A stretch of 63,321 bases of DNA, filler included, from Phoronis australis (Eukaryota > Animalia > Phoronida): NCBI GenBank assembly GCA_002633005.1. It is 10 parts of 10 records of this genome, joined end to end, with 100 filler letters (N's around TTAATTAATTAA, not from the genome) between each part and the next. Parts side by side here need not be neighbours in the genome. Positions count along the whole stretch, not along the records: positions 9,733 to 15,562 come from NMRA01002265.1; positions 15,663 to 36,239 come from NMRA01001352.1; 8 more parts are not named here. One strand, 5' to 3'. The position numbers were made by a program, and so were the translations under genes. Positions 11,814 to 24,186 of this stretch are shown here, piece by piece. The notes below the pieces were generated by a model that saw only the letters and a program-made list of their open reading frames with translations, was not told the origin of the DNA and did no database searches. Every line of letters begins with the position of its first letter. The stretch's first letter is position 1.

Positions 11814-13344
11814 CCATATTCGCCGTAATAACCGCCCAGGGCGCTTAGAAAAGTTCGGTTCAGGGGGGCGCTTATTATAACCCAAGGCGATTGNCATCAA
11901 ATTTACGCTGTGACGTATATGTAATCTATGAAAGACTTTCAACAAAACTGTGGTGCATTGCTATCAAACTCTGCTGCTAAATTACGATCATGTTACAGAA
12001 AATTGTGCTGAAATCCCAGGGCGATAACTCGTCGACTGACTGCCTCGAAATCGCCGTCTTCGATACGGCGACGTCAATGCTTGAATAAAAATTTTTTCAA
12101 CTCAAGCAAGTTACCTGAAATCCTCATTAAGTTTTATAAGTAGAGATTTTTTAAGTTCCCGTGGAGTCTGGATTAACGGCAGGTTTAAGTACAAATCTGT
12201 GCAACATCGTGCCATCTACATGTATGATCGGCAAAACGGCGAGAAAAATGTCTGGACGAACACACATGTTGTTGTCACGTGACGTTTGTTTTGAAGTTCG
12301 TCTGTGAGTAAGCGAGGGCGTGCGTGTCACCAGAGTTCATTTGCCAAAGCAGAGACCGTCTTTTGGCCAGAGCCACGCAATCCAACTAGCTAGACGTGTC
12401 TAAAGAAATTTGCACAAGCAGTAGGCTTAAACAAGAGCGTGTTTCATTCAGCACTTGCCGGTCTCGTGCTAAAAACGTTCGACATTTGTGTCGGCAAGGC
12501 CCATATTAGTCGCCGTGTAGCTGGATGCGTACATAACTATCTGACAGTTATTTTTCGGTGTAAGGGTGTGTAAGCATTCACTGTCAGTTGTCATTTTATC
12601 GCATATTCGGCTTAAAAACACCAATTATGGTTAATCAAACAATCCATCTCAAAAATAACGCAAACATGTTTTATAGTATNATGTTGCTGGATGCGTACGT
12701 AACTATCTGAAAGTTATTTTTCGGTGTAAGGGTGTGTAAGCATTCGCTGTCAGTTGACATTTTATCGGATATTCGGCTTAAAAACACCAGTTATGGTTAA
12801 TCAAACAATCTATCTCAAAAATAAACAAACATGTTTTATAGTATTACAAATTGTTGGAAATAAGTGCCAATATTCATTTCTTATCGATGCTATGCTACCC
12901 GTTTCATGAATGGATAGTTCCCAAATAATGTCTTTGATGACAGGTTCACGTATGTAGCGCGCGCTTCCAAGCCACGTGTGTTTAACACAGAGTTATTTTT
13001 ATTCACGAGACAGTCGATGTGTCTGTACTGAAAGGTCAGACAATAGTAGGACATGGTCGTCGCGAGAGTAGCAACGCTGTTGCGTTCTTTTTGAAGCGCT
13101 GCGTTACTTTGAAGTGTATAGTCACGGCTAAATACAAACGTAGCAGTGCCGCTGGTGGTCTAGAAGACCCGTGCAAAAATTTTTTTGATAAATTGAAGAC
13201 GTTACTGTAGCCGAGTTTTAGGACTGTAGGTACGTCATTGTTCGCATGTACAAGTTCATGGACTGGGCGCTTATTTCAGCAAAGTCTTAAAACGCGTGGG
13301 GGGCGCTTATATAGGGGCATGGGCGGTTATTACGGCGAATACGG
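11814..13344. mobile_element. Tc1/mariner-superfamily (pogo/Tc2-like) non-autonomous DNA transposon
   Basis: TA|CCATATTCGCCGTAATAACCGCCC ... GGGCGGTTATTACGGCGAATACGG|TA, with subterminal GGGCGCTTA repeats. The right end is duplicated again at ~13352-13427. Confidence 0.8.
12940..13180 (+). pseudogene. HIRAN-like domain relic inside the transposon
   Basis: VSVLKGQTIVGHGRRESSNAVAFFLKRCVTLKCIVTAKYKRSSAAGGLEDPC matches the invertebrate HIRAN-like pattern AVxVxKxxxIVGHVPRE...FL...C.VTG..RS...GGLExPC. Confidence 0.65.
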
Positions 13345-13959
13345 TACTTTCTTTATTTCAGCAAAGTCTGAAAACGCGTGGGGGGCGCTTATATAGGGGC
13401 ATGGGCGGTTATTACGGCACATACAGTCATTGAATGGCGAAAATTGATGCCCAACTTGCCGAGAAACAAACCTTGTCGTCACTCAGACTAGACTAAACGA
13501 AAAGTCCGAGAAAAGGAGACAGAAGTCCACTAAAAAAGATGATACGCACAGTTCTGATAGGTCATACCCCGTTCTTTTAGTCCTCTCGATTTTTTTGTCC
13601 ACATGGACAGAAATTCGAGCCCCCCCATTTTCAAGGCTGGGCGCGCGCATGCTCGCGATTGGTTAGTCTTCTAATGGGATCAGAGAATTGTACTATCTCA
13701 GTGCACAAATATCCTACGTATTTTAAATCAAGAGTAGCGTGAATTTGACACCAGTTACTTATTTCTGGGGAGTTTTGAGACTGCTCAGACGATGCATCAT
13801 GTGGCGTACGAACTTGGAATTCAAAAACACTATCAGAATAGGTGGCCTTTGAATAGTAGAAAACTTATGACTTTAAAAATACTGTTCTGTTTTGGCCCTA
13901 GCTATGATTATGGTATTCGTGAAACATCCTTTCACAACGAACATTTCAAATGTTTAAAC

Positions 13960-14181
13960 TTCCAACAGCCATCATCTCTTACTCGGGTTAAGCGCGCTTC
14001 ATGTCTCAGAGGGAAATGAAGTGTAATATTTATACTTGGGCCGAAGTTCTTCGAAAACACTGCCAACTGTTTCCAACAGCCATCATCTCTTACTCGGGAT
14101 AAGCGCGCTTCATGTTATCAGAGGGAAATGAAGTGTAATATTTATATTTGGGCCGAAGTTCTTCGAAAACACTGCCAACTG
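13960..14181. repeat. Tandem duplication, ~111-bp unit x2
   Basis: ttccaacagccatcatctcttactcggg...gaaaacactgccaactg occurs twice back-to-back. Confidence 0.9.
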
Positions 14182-14607
14182 AAATGGACATAGATATCTA
14201 AGCTTGGCCAGCTAAAGGCTGAAAGTACTGAGTGCTTTCCCTTGTGGTGTAGCTTGCATGGTCTTTAGTAACAGGCAGAGAGGAATGCCTATTGTTACCC
14301 AAGCCTACAGTTTAAACATCTCCACAATAGCCCTTTATTATGAAAGTCAATGCAGGCACAATAGGGTAAGGTATACAAAATCAGATAAGAGATAATGATC
14401 CCCTATAGCAGAGCTGAACAGGCTGACCGATATGTTGTGGATGTGAAATGGGAGAGAGACCATTTTTAGTATGGCAATGCGGCTGGGATTTCTAGCAAAT
14501 GCTATTTTAGCAAAACAAAATATCCAGAACACTGTTTCCCTTCCCACAAATGTGCTTCTGTTATTTTTAAGCATTCTGTCACCAATGTTGTTTGCTCTGT
14601 CTTTTAG

Positions 14608-14882
14608 ACCCGCCCATCTTCGACGGCATTGCCTCCAGCTTCGTGGTCACCGTAGGTGATAATGTGCTCATCAACATGACGACCAAGGCTAATCCTGTCC
14701 CCTCCTCCTATACTTGGTATAAGGGAGCTGNAGGCGGCGGGAATTGGAGTTGAAACATTTCACAGCGACTGGTGCCCTACTAAACATCACGGGAGTGAAG
14801 AAGGAAGATGCTGCAGACTACTTCTGTGAAGCAACTAACAGTGAGGGGACGACTAAGTTTAAGTTCCAGCTGGACGTGCAAT
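14608..14882 (+). CDS. Immunoglobulin-domain exon, nephrin/sns-like cell adhesion protein
   Basis: ttttag|..PPIFDGIASSFVVTVGDNVLINMTTKANPVPSSYTWYKG..(n at 14731)..TGALLNITGVKKEDAADYFCEATNSEGTTKFKFQLDVQ|gtaagt. Phase 1/1 Ig exon with the DxxxYxCxAxN motif. Confidence 0.8.
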
Positions 14883-16479
14883 GTAAGTTGTTGGCCTCCT
14901 GTATCAGTTTCCAAAGTTAGAAATTGTCTACATAGTTCTCAATGTGTACAAGGCGATATTCCCAGTTAGTCACAAATCATAGATGCCTGTCTTAGAAACC
15001 GTCCGATCTCCATTAAATCTAAATCTGTAGCAAAGTGCTCCAGTTGTCCTTTCTTGGCTTGGAGTATTCACTTCAGTTGTTAATGTTGTTACTAGGCTTT
15101 TGTGACTATTTCATTTAAAGTAAAATCTCACCAAAAATAATTGCCAAAATACCTTTTTGCCATTTTTCAAGGACTTCCAGCATTATTGTGCATACCCGCA
15201 GTTTTTGAAAACTTGAAATCTGAACACAAAAAAATGAAATCTGAACACAAAAAAGTCATTTATTTTGGTGCTACATATATGTTTCGTAGGAAAGTTGGTA
15301 AAATAAAATTTCTCTCGTCTGCCTTATTGTGTCCTGAATTGGTAAGGTTAAACTCGCCTTTTATTGTCGTGTTTCATGAGATCTGATTTAGTGAGACACG
15401 TGTAACCTTATACTAGAACCATTAAGACCTTAACCTTATTTGCAATTTTACACTTTAAGACCCTTTTCCCATCATTTCGTTATTGGTTGAGCAATGGCTG
15501 ATCTTTCCCTCTTCACTTGATTGGCGGTTGAGTGAGGACCACCGACCTCCTTTCCCCTTCACNNNNNNNNNNNNNNNNNNNNNNNNNNNNNNNNNNNNNN
15601 NNNNNNTTAATTAATTAANNNNNNNNNNNNNNNNNNNNNNNNNNNNNNNNNNNNNNNNNNNNAATATTTTTGTGGTCAAAGGTCTAAGTTTTCTAATTTC
15701 CATCTCGTATAACCAGGTTGTACTTAGGGTTACTTTTAGTGAAACTTGTTCGCACCATGGAGTGTATTGGATTTACTGTTATTATGATTGTCAACAAAAC
15801 GAAACGTTGACTTTTAAATTGATATTTTTAAGGTTGCAAACAATTATAGGTGATTCTAGGCACTTTTTCTAGCATAAGGATTGTACTTCCCAAAATCAGA
15901 CCTGTGGCCGTTGTCGATAAACTTTTAGTTACGTTTTATGTTATGCTTTTGTATCTGCAGATATTCTCGGATTTGGAACATTAAGTGATTTGCTATTCTT
16001 GGTGTCATTGGTGTAGTTGACAAAGTCTGCTGTTGAAACGTAGACATTTGTTGTAGTCCTTCCTGGCTATGTAATCACATTTTCTTTGGTTGTGTTTCAT
16101 GACTTGGTAGTGATTTCTCTGTTTGTACATTCCATTTTGCTCCCTCAGTTATCTCATAATTGTCATAGACTGAAACGATGCAAATAATGAATATATTATT
16201 AGCCTCATTTAGTTTTCACTGCATTGTATGCATGACTCTTGATGACCTGATTTTTGAAATGTTTCTGGTTTTTAGGATTTTGATATTTCACTTACGTTCA
16301 CTTATTTTAAGGAACTAGTGTATTTTAGGAAGTGCATTTTATTTTCTGCAATTAATCACTGTTAATGAAATGTTAATAGAACTCTAGTTTGTTAAATCTT
16401 TATGAGAATCATTAAATTTGTTACTGTTTAGTACTCCACTCTTGTTTTAGTGAAAATCGAAATTTTTGAATGTCTGTCC

Positions 16480-16810
16480 TATTGAAACTTGTTGCTTTTA
16501 GAAAACTTCAGTTTTCAAAAGTTAGTTCCTTGAAAACTTATGTTCGGAAAACTTAGTTCTCAAAAACTTAAATTTTGATGACTTATGTTTGTTACTAAAA
16601 ACTTGTTCCAAAACTTAAGTTTTTCAAAAACTTAAGTATTTTGGAACGAGTTTTTTGGAACGAACTTAAGTTTTTAAAACTTAAGTTTTCAGAAAACTTA
16701 AGTTTTTGAAAAACTTAAGTTTTTGAAAACTTAAGTTATGAAAACTTAAGTTCGTTCCAAAAAACTTGTTTTCGACAAAAACTTAAGTTTTCGAGAATGA
16801 AAACAGTTTT
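16480..16810. repeat. Array of palindromic AAAACTTAAGTTTT units forming a foldback
   Basis: More than 10 exact or degenerate copies. Segment 16651-16675 is the inverted complement of 16741-16767. Confidence 0.9.
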
Positions 16811-17899
16811 CTTAAAATATTGAGTGTAAAATTATTCTTTCCACTGATATATCGTTTTGGCTCACAGTGTGTTTGTTTCACTAATTACTTCCCATCATTT
16901 ATTTGATTCACTACACATTTGTTTAATTTGATCGTCTATAGATGTTTCGCACAACTTGTTTTTCATCTTCTGCAAAAATCAAGATAATTCTAGAAGTTCA
17001 CCCATTGCTTCATTATCGGGGATATTAAAGCCACTATGGTAACGGGTGATGCACGCAAGTCATGATGTGCAATTGCGTTGCACAACCAGGCTGTCCAATA
17101 GAGGTTGAGGCCTCCAACAAATAGACAGTAGTTGCAATGGGTCATATATCCCTTTTCGTCTTTTGTAGTTAACTGAATTTTACCATGCAAACAATGAAGA
17201 GGGTCAACATTAAACGACAAATAAAATGAGTAGTATCTTAAATGGGAGAAAATGTTACTACTAAAGAGACGTGATTACCATTGCCACCCATCTTCGTTCT
17301 CTTCTCCCCAAACTCAAAGAAGCTGGTAATAAAACCTCTGACACTGGGTTATTATGTGTCTATTGTAATCCAAAAGCGTAAGCAGTATTCGTACTTGCCA
17401 GATCAAAAATGCCATGTAGAGCACTATGCGGATTGTAGCAAACCCCGCTCGACCCTCACATTCCACAACCCCTTCGACCCACAAACCCCATGACCCATAA
17501 AGCCCAACCCTTTTGACCCACGGCCTGCTGAGACAGATACAGACACATATCCTAATTTTAGTATATGACTATCGAGTGACTATACCAAAAGACTTGACTA
17601 CACGAATTTGATCTGGCTCAAGACCGATGGTAAAAACAGAAAGTGGCGTAAGAAATGGCGAATTGTGAGTTCACTGTCATGGAAGCAGTTAGCTTTGGTG
17701 CAAAGCTGTATTCTAAACATACAGCTTTGCGCAGACGTGGGTAAAAACTGACCAAATAAAATCTGACACAAAATTAGTGTAATCAAAATGCACTCTCCTT
17801 TGAGTAAATTAAATAATAAGCTGTTATCGGAAACAGAAGCGCTCTAGCGTTATTCCTGTTGTTCCTGGGTTTTCTTCAATTTTATTCTTATTCTTATTC

Positions 17900-19864
17900 T
17901 TATTACTCTGCGCGTGTAAGCGCAGAGTACTGTTGTTCCTGGGTTTTCTTCAATTTTATTCTTATTCTTCTTATCCTTATTCTTATTCTTATTCTTCTTC
18001 CGACCAACTTTGAGGTTTAATAACTCCAAATTGGGTGCAGGTACGGTCTTTAAATTCAGCATATGACTTTTGACAGTATATAAATTTTGATTGGTTATAT
18101 AATCTTATTCCATATTGCACGGGAAGAGGTCGTTTGGTGCAAAGGTCATATAATTTTCAAAATGCTACTCCTCCTTCAGTTTAAAAGCTATCTTTTTCAA
18201 ATTCGGTGCACAGGTATAAGTCAACATGAAAATTTAAAAAATTACTTTTCTAAGTAATCGGGTCATCCAATCAGGTGGAATAGGTCAAAGGTCATTAGGT
18301 GCAAACTAAAATTTTGAGTTACACTTCAAATTTTCAGATCATTTGGTGTACCCTTGGGGTCATTGGGTGCATTTTTCATCTGAAAGTTTGACCAATTCTT
18401 TCATCTTGTATTCTGAAGTGCTTAAAGTAAAACATCTGTGATTTTTAGCATTAACCACACTTTTAATCGAGTTAACAATTACTCCCTCATCGGGGCTCAT
18501 AATGCACCGGAAGAGGTCAATTAGTGGAAAGGTCATCAAAAAATTAATGTGTAATTTCTCCTACAATTTTAAAGAATTCCTTTCCATGTTAGTAAATTTG
18601 TTGCTGTCAGTAACTTTCCATAATAATTCCAGTAATACGCACGCACAGAGTCCGTTATTGTCACGCCGTAACAATAATCTTTCTAGTTCTTATTCTTCTT
18701 CCGACCAACTTTGACGCTTAATAACTCCAAATTGGGTGCAGGTACGGTCTTTAAATTCAGCATATGACTTTTGACAGTATATAAATTTTGATTGGTTATA
18801 TAATCGTATTCCATATTGCACCGGAAGAGGTCGTTTGGTGCAAAGGTCATATAATTTTCAAAATGCTACTCCTCCTTCAGTTTTAAAGCTATCTTTTGCA
18901 AATTCGGTGCACAGGTATAAGTCAACATGACAATTTAAAAAAATTACTTTTCTAAGTAATCGAGTCATCTAATCAGGTGAAATAGGTCAAAGGTCATTAG
19001 GTGCAAACTAAAATTTTAAGCTAGACACTTCAAATTGACAGGTGTGATTACCACAGGTAAATCAAATCGGAATCCAAAGTTTACAGGTCATTTAGTGCAA
19101 ACATGGGGTCATTAGGTGCATTTTTCTTCTGAAAATTTGACCTTTTCAATCAGCAAGTATTCTGATGTGTCAACCGTTAGACAACTGTGATTCTCAGCGT
19201 TAAACACATTTTCCATGGTCTTTGCAATAATTCTCCTAAAGATGCTTAAAATGCACCGGATCAGGTCAATTAGTGCAAAGGTCATGTCAAGTTCAAAATG
19301 TTATATCTCTTACGTTTTTCAAGAAATTCTTGTCAATTTCAGCACACTGATTTAAGTCAACATGCCAATTAAATATCCTACTTTACTTTACAATAGGTCT
19401 AACCAATCAGAAAAAATAGGTCAAAGGTCATTGAGTGCAAACTAAAATTTTGAGCTAGAGACTTCAGAATTACGTTTACTAAGTGCAATTGAGTTTGAAT
19501 TCTAAATTTTCAGGTCATTTGGGGCACCCATGGGGCCATTAGGTGCATTTTTCTTCTGAAAGTTTGACCACTTCATTCATCTTGTATTCTGAAGTTCTTA
19601 AAGTAAGACATCTGTGATTATTAGCATTAACCACACTTTTAATCGAGTTAACAATTACTCCCTCATCGGGGATCATAATGCACCGGAAGAGGTCAATTAG
19701 TGGAAAGGTCATCAAAAAATTAATATGTAATTTCTCCTACAATTTTAAAGAATTCCTTTTCATATTGGTAAACGGGTTCCTGTCAGTAACTTCCAATAAT
19801 AATTCCAGTAATACGCACGCGCAGAGTCTGCTATTGTCACGCCGTGACAATAATCTTTCTAGTT
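17900..19864 (+). mobile_element. Helentron-like HINE, family B (two tandem or nested bodies)
   Basis: 5' palindrome ACTCTGCGC-gtgtaa-GCGCAGAGT, (TTATTC)n microsatellite and AAAGGTCA-rich internal repeats. 3' subTIR CACGCGCAGAGT plus hairpin ATTGTCACG-c-CGTGACAAT plus CTAGTT, present at ~19820-19864 and (slightly diverged) at ~18640-18688. Confidence 0.75.
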
Positions 19865-20998
19865 CGGTTTCTAAAATTGTGCTGCGATCTTTTGCGTCGA
19901 TTTTCGGAGCTAAGAAATATTGCATCACCTCAGTTTCTTTTCTTTGATTCTTCAATCAATTTTTGTTCTCGTCCACGATTTGGGCACAAACCAGATTTCA
20001 GAACAAATTTTGCTGCGAAGCTGCCGCTTGAGAATTGGTACGTGCACGTATCACGTGCGCACTGTTTTGAAAACGGTTATTTTTGTTTGTGCAAAAGGCG
20101 GAGAATTATGCTAGCAAATGACGCTGATCAGATTGTTTTTCACTTGAAGACGGCTTCACCCAAGCTGAGTGTCGGTTGGCTAGTTGATTTTGCAAGCACC
20201 ACCGCCGGTCGTTCGACTTACGTGTTGATTTAAGTTTAAGGACGAGGTCACGAGGAGAACTACCCGGGCTGTGTGTATTTTCGGGGTCTAAGGGGACTCA
20301 GCACACAATCTAGCTGTATTTTGACCATAGTCTTCATAATGCTTCCAGGCTGCCTGGGAAATAGTTCCAAGAGCGACTACCATCAGCCATGCTGCACTGA
20401 ACTTAAGGAGAGAGTATATTAACGTGTTTACACATAATTTCACATTTTCATTATATTTTTGTGAGGTATACTGCGTTACAAAATATTAAAAATAACTGGA
20501 ATACTTTTTAGCTCACTTTATATTTTTCATACTGTATTCACTGAAAAAAATATTCGTGATCTTTTTGCACATATCCAAAACTAGCTCGAATATGGAATTC
20601 ACTAAAGAGCAGACGAGACGATTACACTCTGCGCGGAACGATACTACCTGTAATGTTGGTAGGTCTTTGAATTGACATGGTGCAGTTTTTTTCTGTACTT
20701 TTTGGTTTTCAAACTTGCCGAATCAATTCTCTCAATTGCAAAACAAAAACAGGAAAAAGCACGCCGAGCTCACAGCAAGACTCGTTGGTCCTGCAAATCA
20801 GCGCTTGTTCTATGCTCAGATCCAGTCGAGCTTGCGTAGACTGGGCCGAGGGGGTTGTTCGCAGGGGGTCGAGGGCGTCGTGGATCGAAGGGGTTTGGGG
20901 TGTGGGCTTCGAGGGGTTTGAGGGGCTTTAGATCAACCCTTATTCTATTGATTATGCCTGTTTCAGATATATTTTCCCAATTTACATTGGGCTTGACT

Positions 20999-21155
20999 GT
21001 CACAATCATGTTAATCATTACTTATTATTAAGAGAGCGTAATGCAGCAAAACAATGTCTCCAAATCCCCATTATCGGCACCACAATCATCTCATGCTTTG
21101 ACTGGGTTCAGAACAAGCTTCGCCTAGCGGAAAAAAGAAAATGTTACGCACATCA
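20999..21155 (+). repeat. Dispersed repeat, second copy at ~22702-22862
   Basis: Shared caaaacaatgtctccaaatcc..cattatc.gcaccacaa.catctc block. Confidence 0.7.
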
Positions 21156-24090
21156 CTTTAACGTATTTATATTCATTAATTGATTTCCCATTGTGAAAAA
21201 CTGCAAGCCGGTATCCAACGAGGGGGGGGGGGATTTTGTGCACGTAAATTAACAAGAAGATCGGATAGTTAGGCAAAGAATGTAACCACAGGAGGGCAGA
21301 GCATGAAGTTCAAACTCTGATGGGGATGGTGCCACAGTAGTACAGGCAATAAGAAATGCTGAGATCCATGCTTCGGTGTTTGATCAATTGGTAAGCCCCA
21401 CCGAATCACACATTTGTGACTGAATAAATATTATTGATATCTTTGCATCTCTTGCAATTTCCGAGGAGAGAAATTGATGAAAGCTAATACTTCAAATTCC
21501 TCATGCGTTGTCAAGCATACGTGTTTTAAGCATTTGATATTGTTGCTAATTTGCAGTTAGGATAAACATGATGTATAATGACTTTTGAGTTTGTTTGCAG
21601 CCCTTGTCTCAAAAATTTTTAAAGTTCTTCATGTGCCAAAACTTGTATCACCTACAAATGTACCTGGTCTGTCATGTTCTCTCTGACAATAAGGTCTGCA
21701 CCAGTGTAAAATTTGGCAAGCCTGGGGATTTTGACAAAATTTCCAAGAGGTTTTGTCTGTGTCATCAACCTGGGACGAGTGTAATATTTCTTTTTTCCAT
21801 GAACCGTAAAAACGATCTTTTTGCCAAAAACTCGACGTGTCTATTATTTTCAACCACATAACACAATTTTTGTTTAGATATTGAATAATTTCAATAATCC
21901 AATAGGGTAAGAAGCATTCATAGTTGCCAGTTTCAAAATGCCATGTCGTACCTTATGCTATCATGGATCAGTTAGATTATGATCAGTCATTTAACCAGCG
22001 GCATATGCAACTGGAAGGGCTAAGCTTTTTATGAATCATCGACGGGTATAATCACACTAACTAAGTTTTCAGGCTGATAATGTCACTTTAAACAAATTAT
22101 GCAAATAGCACTACTTACTTCCTACAGATCACAACGCCATTTCACTGATTTTATGGTTAGCCAGAAATTATCACCTCCAACAACCAATAAAATATAACTG
22201 AAACGTCTTTAGCTCCAAATAACAACATGAAATCCATTGTAGGCTTATACGTTAATCCTGCTTTCACATTTTAGGGTACTACTGAGGTTAAACAACAAAC
22301 CAATGAACGGTTGCTAATTACAGAGTGAGAATGTTAAAGAAGGTATATGCATGTTTCACCGCAGGTGCATTAAATCTACCATGTCAGCATGATACCATGT
22401 TGTCAGGCTAGGTGCCGTTTGTGAACATCATAAGGTTTGTATGAATCTGGCCATTATCTCTACACATCACTGTGTAAAAGAGATGGGTATTATCGTAGCC
22501 ATTTTCTATTTCCAATCACTTAATTGAGAAGAGTCTTGTGCGACTATTTTTTAGAATTGTCGTCCAAACCAGGTTTGATTGTTCCAAAGCCCACTCGAAC
22601 CGCTCACCCCACGACCCGCTTAACAGGGCACGAGCGACAACCCCCTCTACTCACGGATAAACAATAATATTACTGAGTGGTTGGCTACATTTGTTTCGAC
22701 AATCACAGTCGTGATGTTAGCCATTACTTGTTATTTTAGTCAGTGTAGAACAACAAAACAATGTCTCCAAATCCTCATTATCTGCACCACAACCATCTCT
22801 GGCTTGTACTGGATACAGAAAAAGCCGTGCCTACCGGAACAAAGAAAATATAGTACACACCAATTCAAAAAAACACATGGTCTAAGCTATAGAAATAATA
22901 GTGTAATTGTGATGTTGTGATGGTCTTGATTGTCAGTCACAAGCGGTCTTTTGTCCAGTTTTTAATTTATTCTAGAAAGACCATGAGAAACTATTCTGCG
23001 TTACGTTTATAAAACACAAGACCACACAAAGAACCTTCATACTAACATCGTGGTATCGATGTTTTGGGAGTTGTGAAAAAAGCTAAATTAAATAATTGTG
23101 AAAGAGGTCAAAGTTATGGTGTACATGAACAGTTAAAAAAAATATTTTACAATATAATTTGAAGTTCAATGGCTAAGGTTAGTTGATCGTGAAAGTGAAA
23201 TTATGATTAAATATTGTGTATTAGCTAGGTGGTAAAAGAGTTTGAACTAATGATCTCGTTACTCCTAACATAGACAAAATTAATTCTGTCGAACTAAAGA
23301 GTTCCATAGATATATTACGAAATCTTATGTCCTCAATAGACATGCACTTTGATGGCACACTGTACAAGGTATATATTACTCTTCTGATATATTTTTTGTA
23401 TAATTTATGAAAGTCAAATGCTAAATCAGAGCACACATTGGAATAAATCGTGAATCTTTGATCCAGAATCCTGGTACATGTACAAAAAAAATTCCAAAAG
23501 CTGCGTGTCCGTGTATTTTCTTTTTCAATATTAAGGAGGGCACTAATACTGGATTTAATATTTCAGATTATTTTGAAATGCTTGCATTGTCATAATCGTT
23601 GTCTGATTCCTAAAATAAGTTTTGAAGATCCCAGGTTAGCTTAACCATAAATAGGCAAATTGTCACACGGGACCTTTGTCAGAAGGAACAATAGACCAAG
23701 TATCTAACATTAGTTTGGCTGAGAGATACCTTGAATATTTCAGAAAAATACTCAACACGTTGCTGCACACAAACATATCACTCCTTTCACATTATGTCCA
23801 AGTGTTAACATCACGTGTCCTTGATGCATTATGAACCATTCAATGGACCACTTACATCCATGTCTCTCTAACCACAATTCGGTAATTGCGAAAGATGCAG
23901 AATAAATGTCGAGCATTTCTAATCGGGCATATGTTTGATAGCTCAACCATAAATACCACAGAGATGAAATATGTTTGCTGCTCAACAATACTGAAAGTGT
24001 AAAAATGTTTCCTTAAAGCAGATTTCAATAAAAAGATCATTGCTTCAGGAGTAGTTTTGTAACAAGTCAGTCACTCAATGACTGCCGTAC

Positions 24091-24186
24091 CTTATCCAGT
24101 GCGTTCACGTTGGTATTTCTTTGAAGCTCCGACTTCAGATCATATACGTCCCCAAATTCCGCTGCATGATGAAGTGGGAATTCCCT
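24091..24186 (-). CDS. Single ankyrin-repeat exon
   Basis: cgacag|REFPLHHAAEFGDVYDLKSELQRNTNVNALDK|gtacgg (96 nt, phase 0/0), matching the ANK consensus PLHxAAxxG...VNAxD. Confidence 0.7.

Noticed and set aside
12519-12845. ~165-bp tandem duplication
   Set aside because: The junction coincides with the n at 12680; probable assembly overlap.
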